A stretch of 63,913 nucleotides of DNA, the filler included, from Octopus bimaculoides (lineage: Eukaryota): assembly GCF_001194135.2 (NCBI RefSeq). It is 5 parts of 5 records of this genome, joined end to end, with 100 filler letters (N's around TTAATTAATTAA, not from the genome) between each part and the next. Parts side by side here need not be neighbours in the genome. Positions count along the whole stretch, not along the records: positions 62,709 to 63,913 come from NW_026407336.1; 4 more parts are not named here. One strand, written 5' to 3'. The notes under the pieces are model-generated. The model was not told the DNA's origin and made no database searches. It was given only the letters and a program-made list of their open reading frames with translations. Position numbers and translations under genes: made by a program. Below are positions 63,139 through 63,913 of the stretch, in pieces. Position 1 is the first letter of the stretch. Each line of letters opens with the position of its first letter.

Positions 63139-63253
63139 TGACTACACGTGTTTCATAACTAATTTTTAAATAGAAAGAAATTTAAATCGATTAAAATCGA
63201 TTAAAACTATCAAAAATCAATTCTATTCAAAAATATAGCTAATCTTCAGGTCA
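63139..63253 (-). ncRNA. Type I HHR motif, canonical core, long AU-rich helix II (88 nt)
   Basis: TGAC-CTGAAGA-[TTAGCTATATTTTTGAATAGAA...TTCTATTTAAAAATTAGTTAT]-GAAA-C-ACGT-GTA-GTCA on the minus strand. Confidence 0.75.
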
Positions 63254-63913
63254 AAATACAACAATAATAATAAATGAATGTAAATATCAACCAACAATAA
63301 ATAACAAATGAATGTATATAAAATACTTATTATATAAAGATAGAAAAATATTATTAAAATATCAAAATAATAACCATTCAGTAATCAGTTCTACATCTAT
63401 TATAAAATAATCTAATAAGTATATTATATATAAAAACCAACTAAACAAATTTTTTCGTTTAAAATACAATTTGAACAAAGTTTAAGTTTAAAATAATAAT
63501 GATATTATTAGCACATATTTAAATGATGCAATATTTATGATTAAAAACATTTATTTATAAGACGTCTAGTGAAAATATTCCATATAGGAAATTAACATAA
63601 AAAGACTAGGTATTTATCGCATAAAACAGTATTAATCATAAATATTTTAACCTTAATAAAATCGAAGTTCTATATTAGGCTAAAATTTAAAAATAATTTA
63701 GTGTTAAATGAGGAATCAATTAAAATTATCATTAAAAATCAATTGAATAATAAAAAAATACAAAAATATTTATTTATTCCAAATAATAATATAACATCGT
63801 AAACAAAGTAAAAAATATACAAATCAAAATGTTATTATATTTCAAACTAAAACTTAGACGTATAAGTCAAAACTCGAGGTTAATTAGAAATAAAAATATG
63901 AATGAAAAAATTA

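Noticed and set aside
63000-63913. Mitochondrial insertion (NUMT)
   Set aside because: The frames I translated with the invertebrate mitochondrial code gave no recognisable motif; the HHR context fits better. A BLAST search would settle it.

Overview
Eukaryotic, AT-rich, microsatellite-saturated draft-assembly DNA with many N gaps and four artificial TTAATTAATTAA gap linkers. The SINE families, repeat density and C2H2-bearing RTE remnants suggest a coleoid cephalopod, probably Octopus (inference, no search run). No intact protein-coding gene can be supported. Most listed ORFs are microsatellite or gap translations; the rest are decayed transposons: mariner, DD37D, Chapaev-like, CR1-like, Tx1/L1, RTE, an RLE-type non-LTR element and a Penelope GIY-YIG fragment. 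At least three tRNA-derived SINE families are present. The signal these do not explain is a dense, diverse set of type I hammerhead ribozyme (HHR) motifs found by eye. (1) A 343-nt, highly structured retrozyme-like unit at 21506-21861 that starts to repeat just before a gap. (2) Two canonical-core HHRs with very long helix II insertions (60372-60505 +, 63139-63253 -). (3) A dispersed family with a variant CUG(U/C)UGA core. (4) A 115-bp-arm foldback carrying a U3-A8 compensatory core. (5) Several decayed or half motifs. All folds are by eye and all activity claims are untested.
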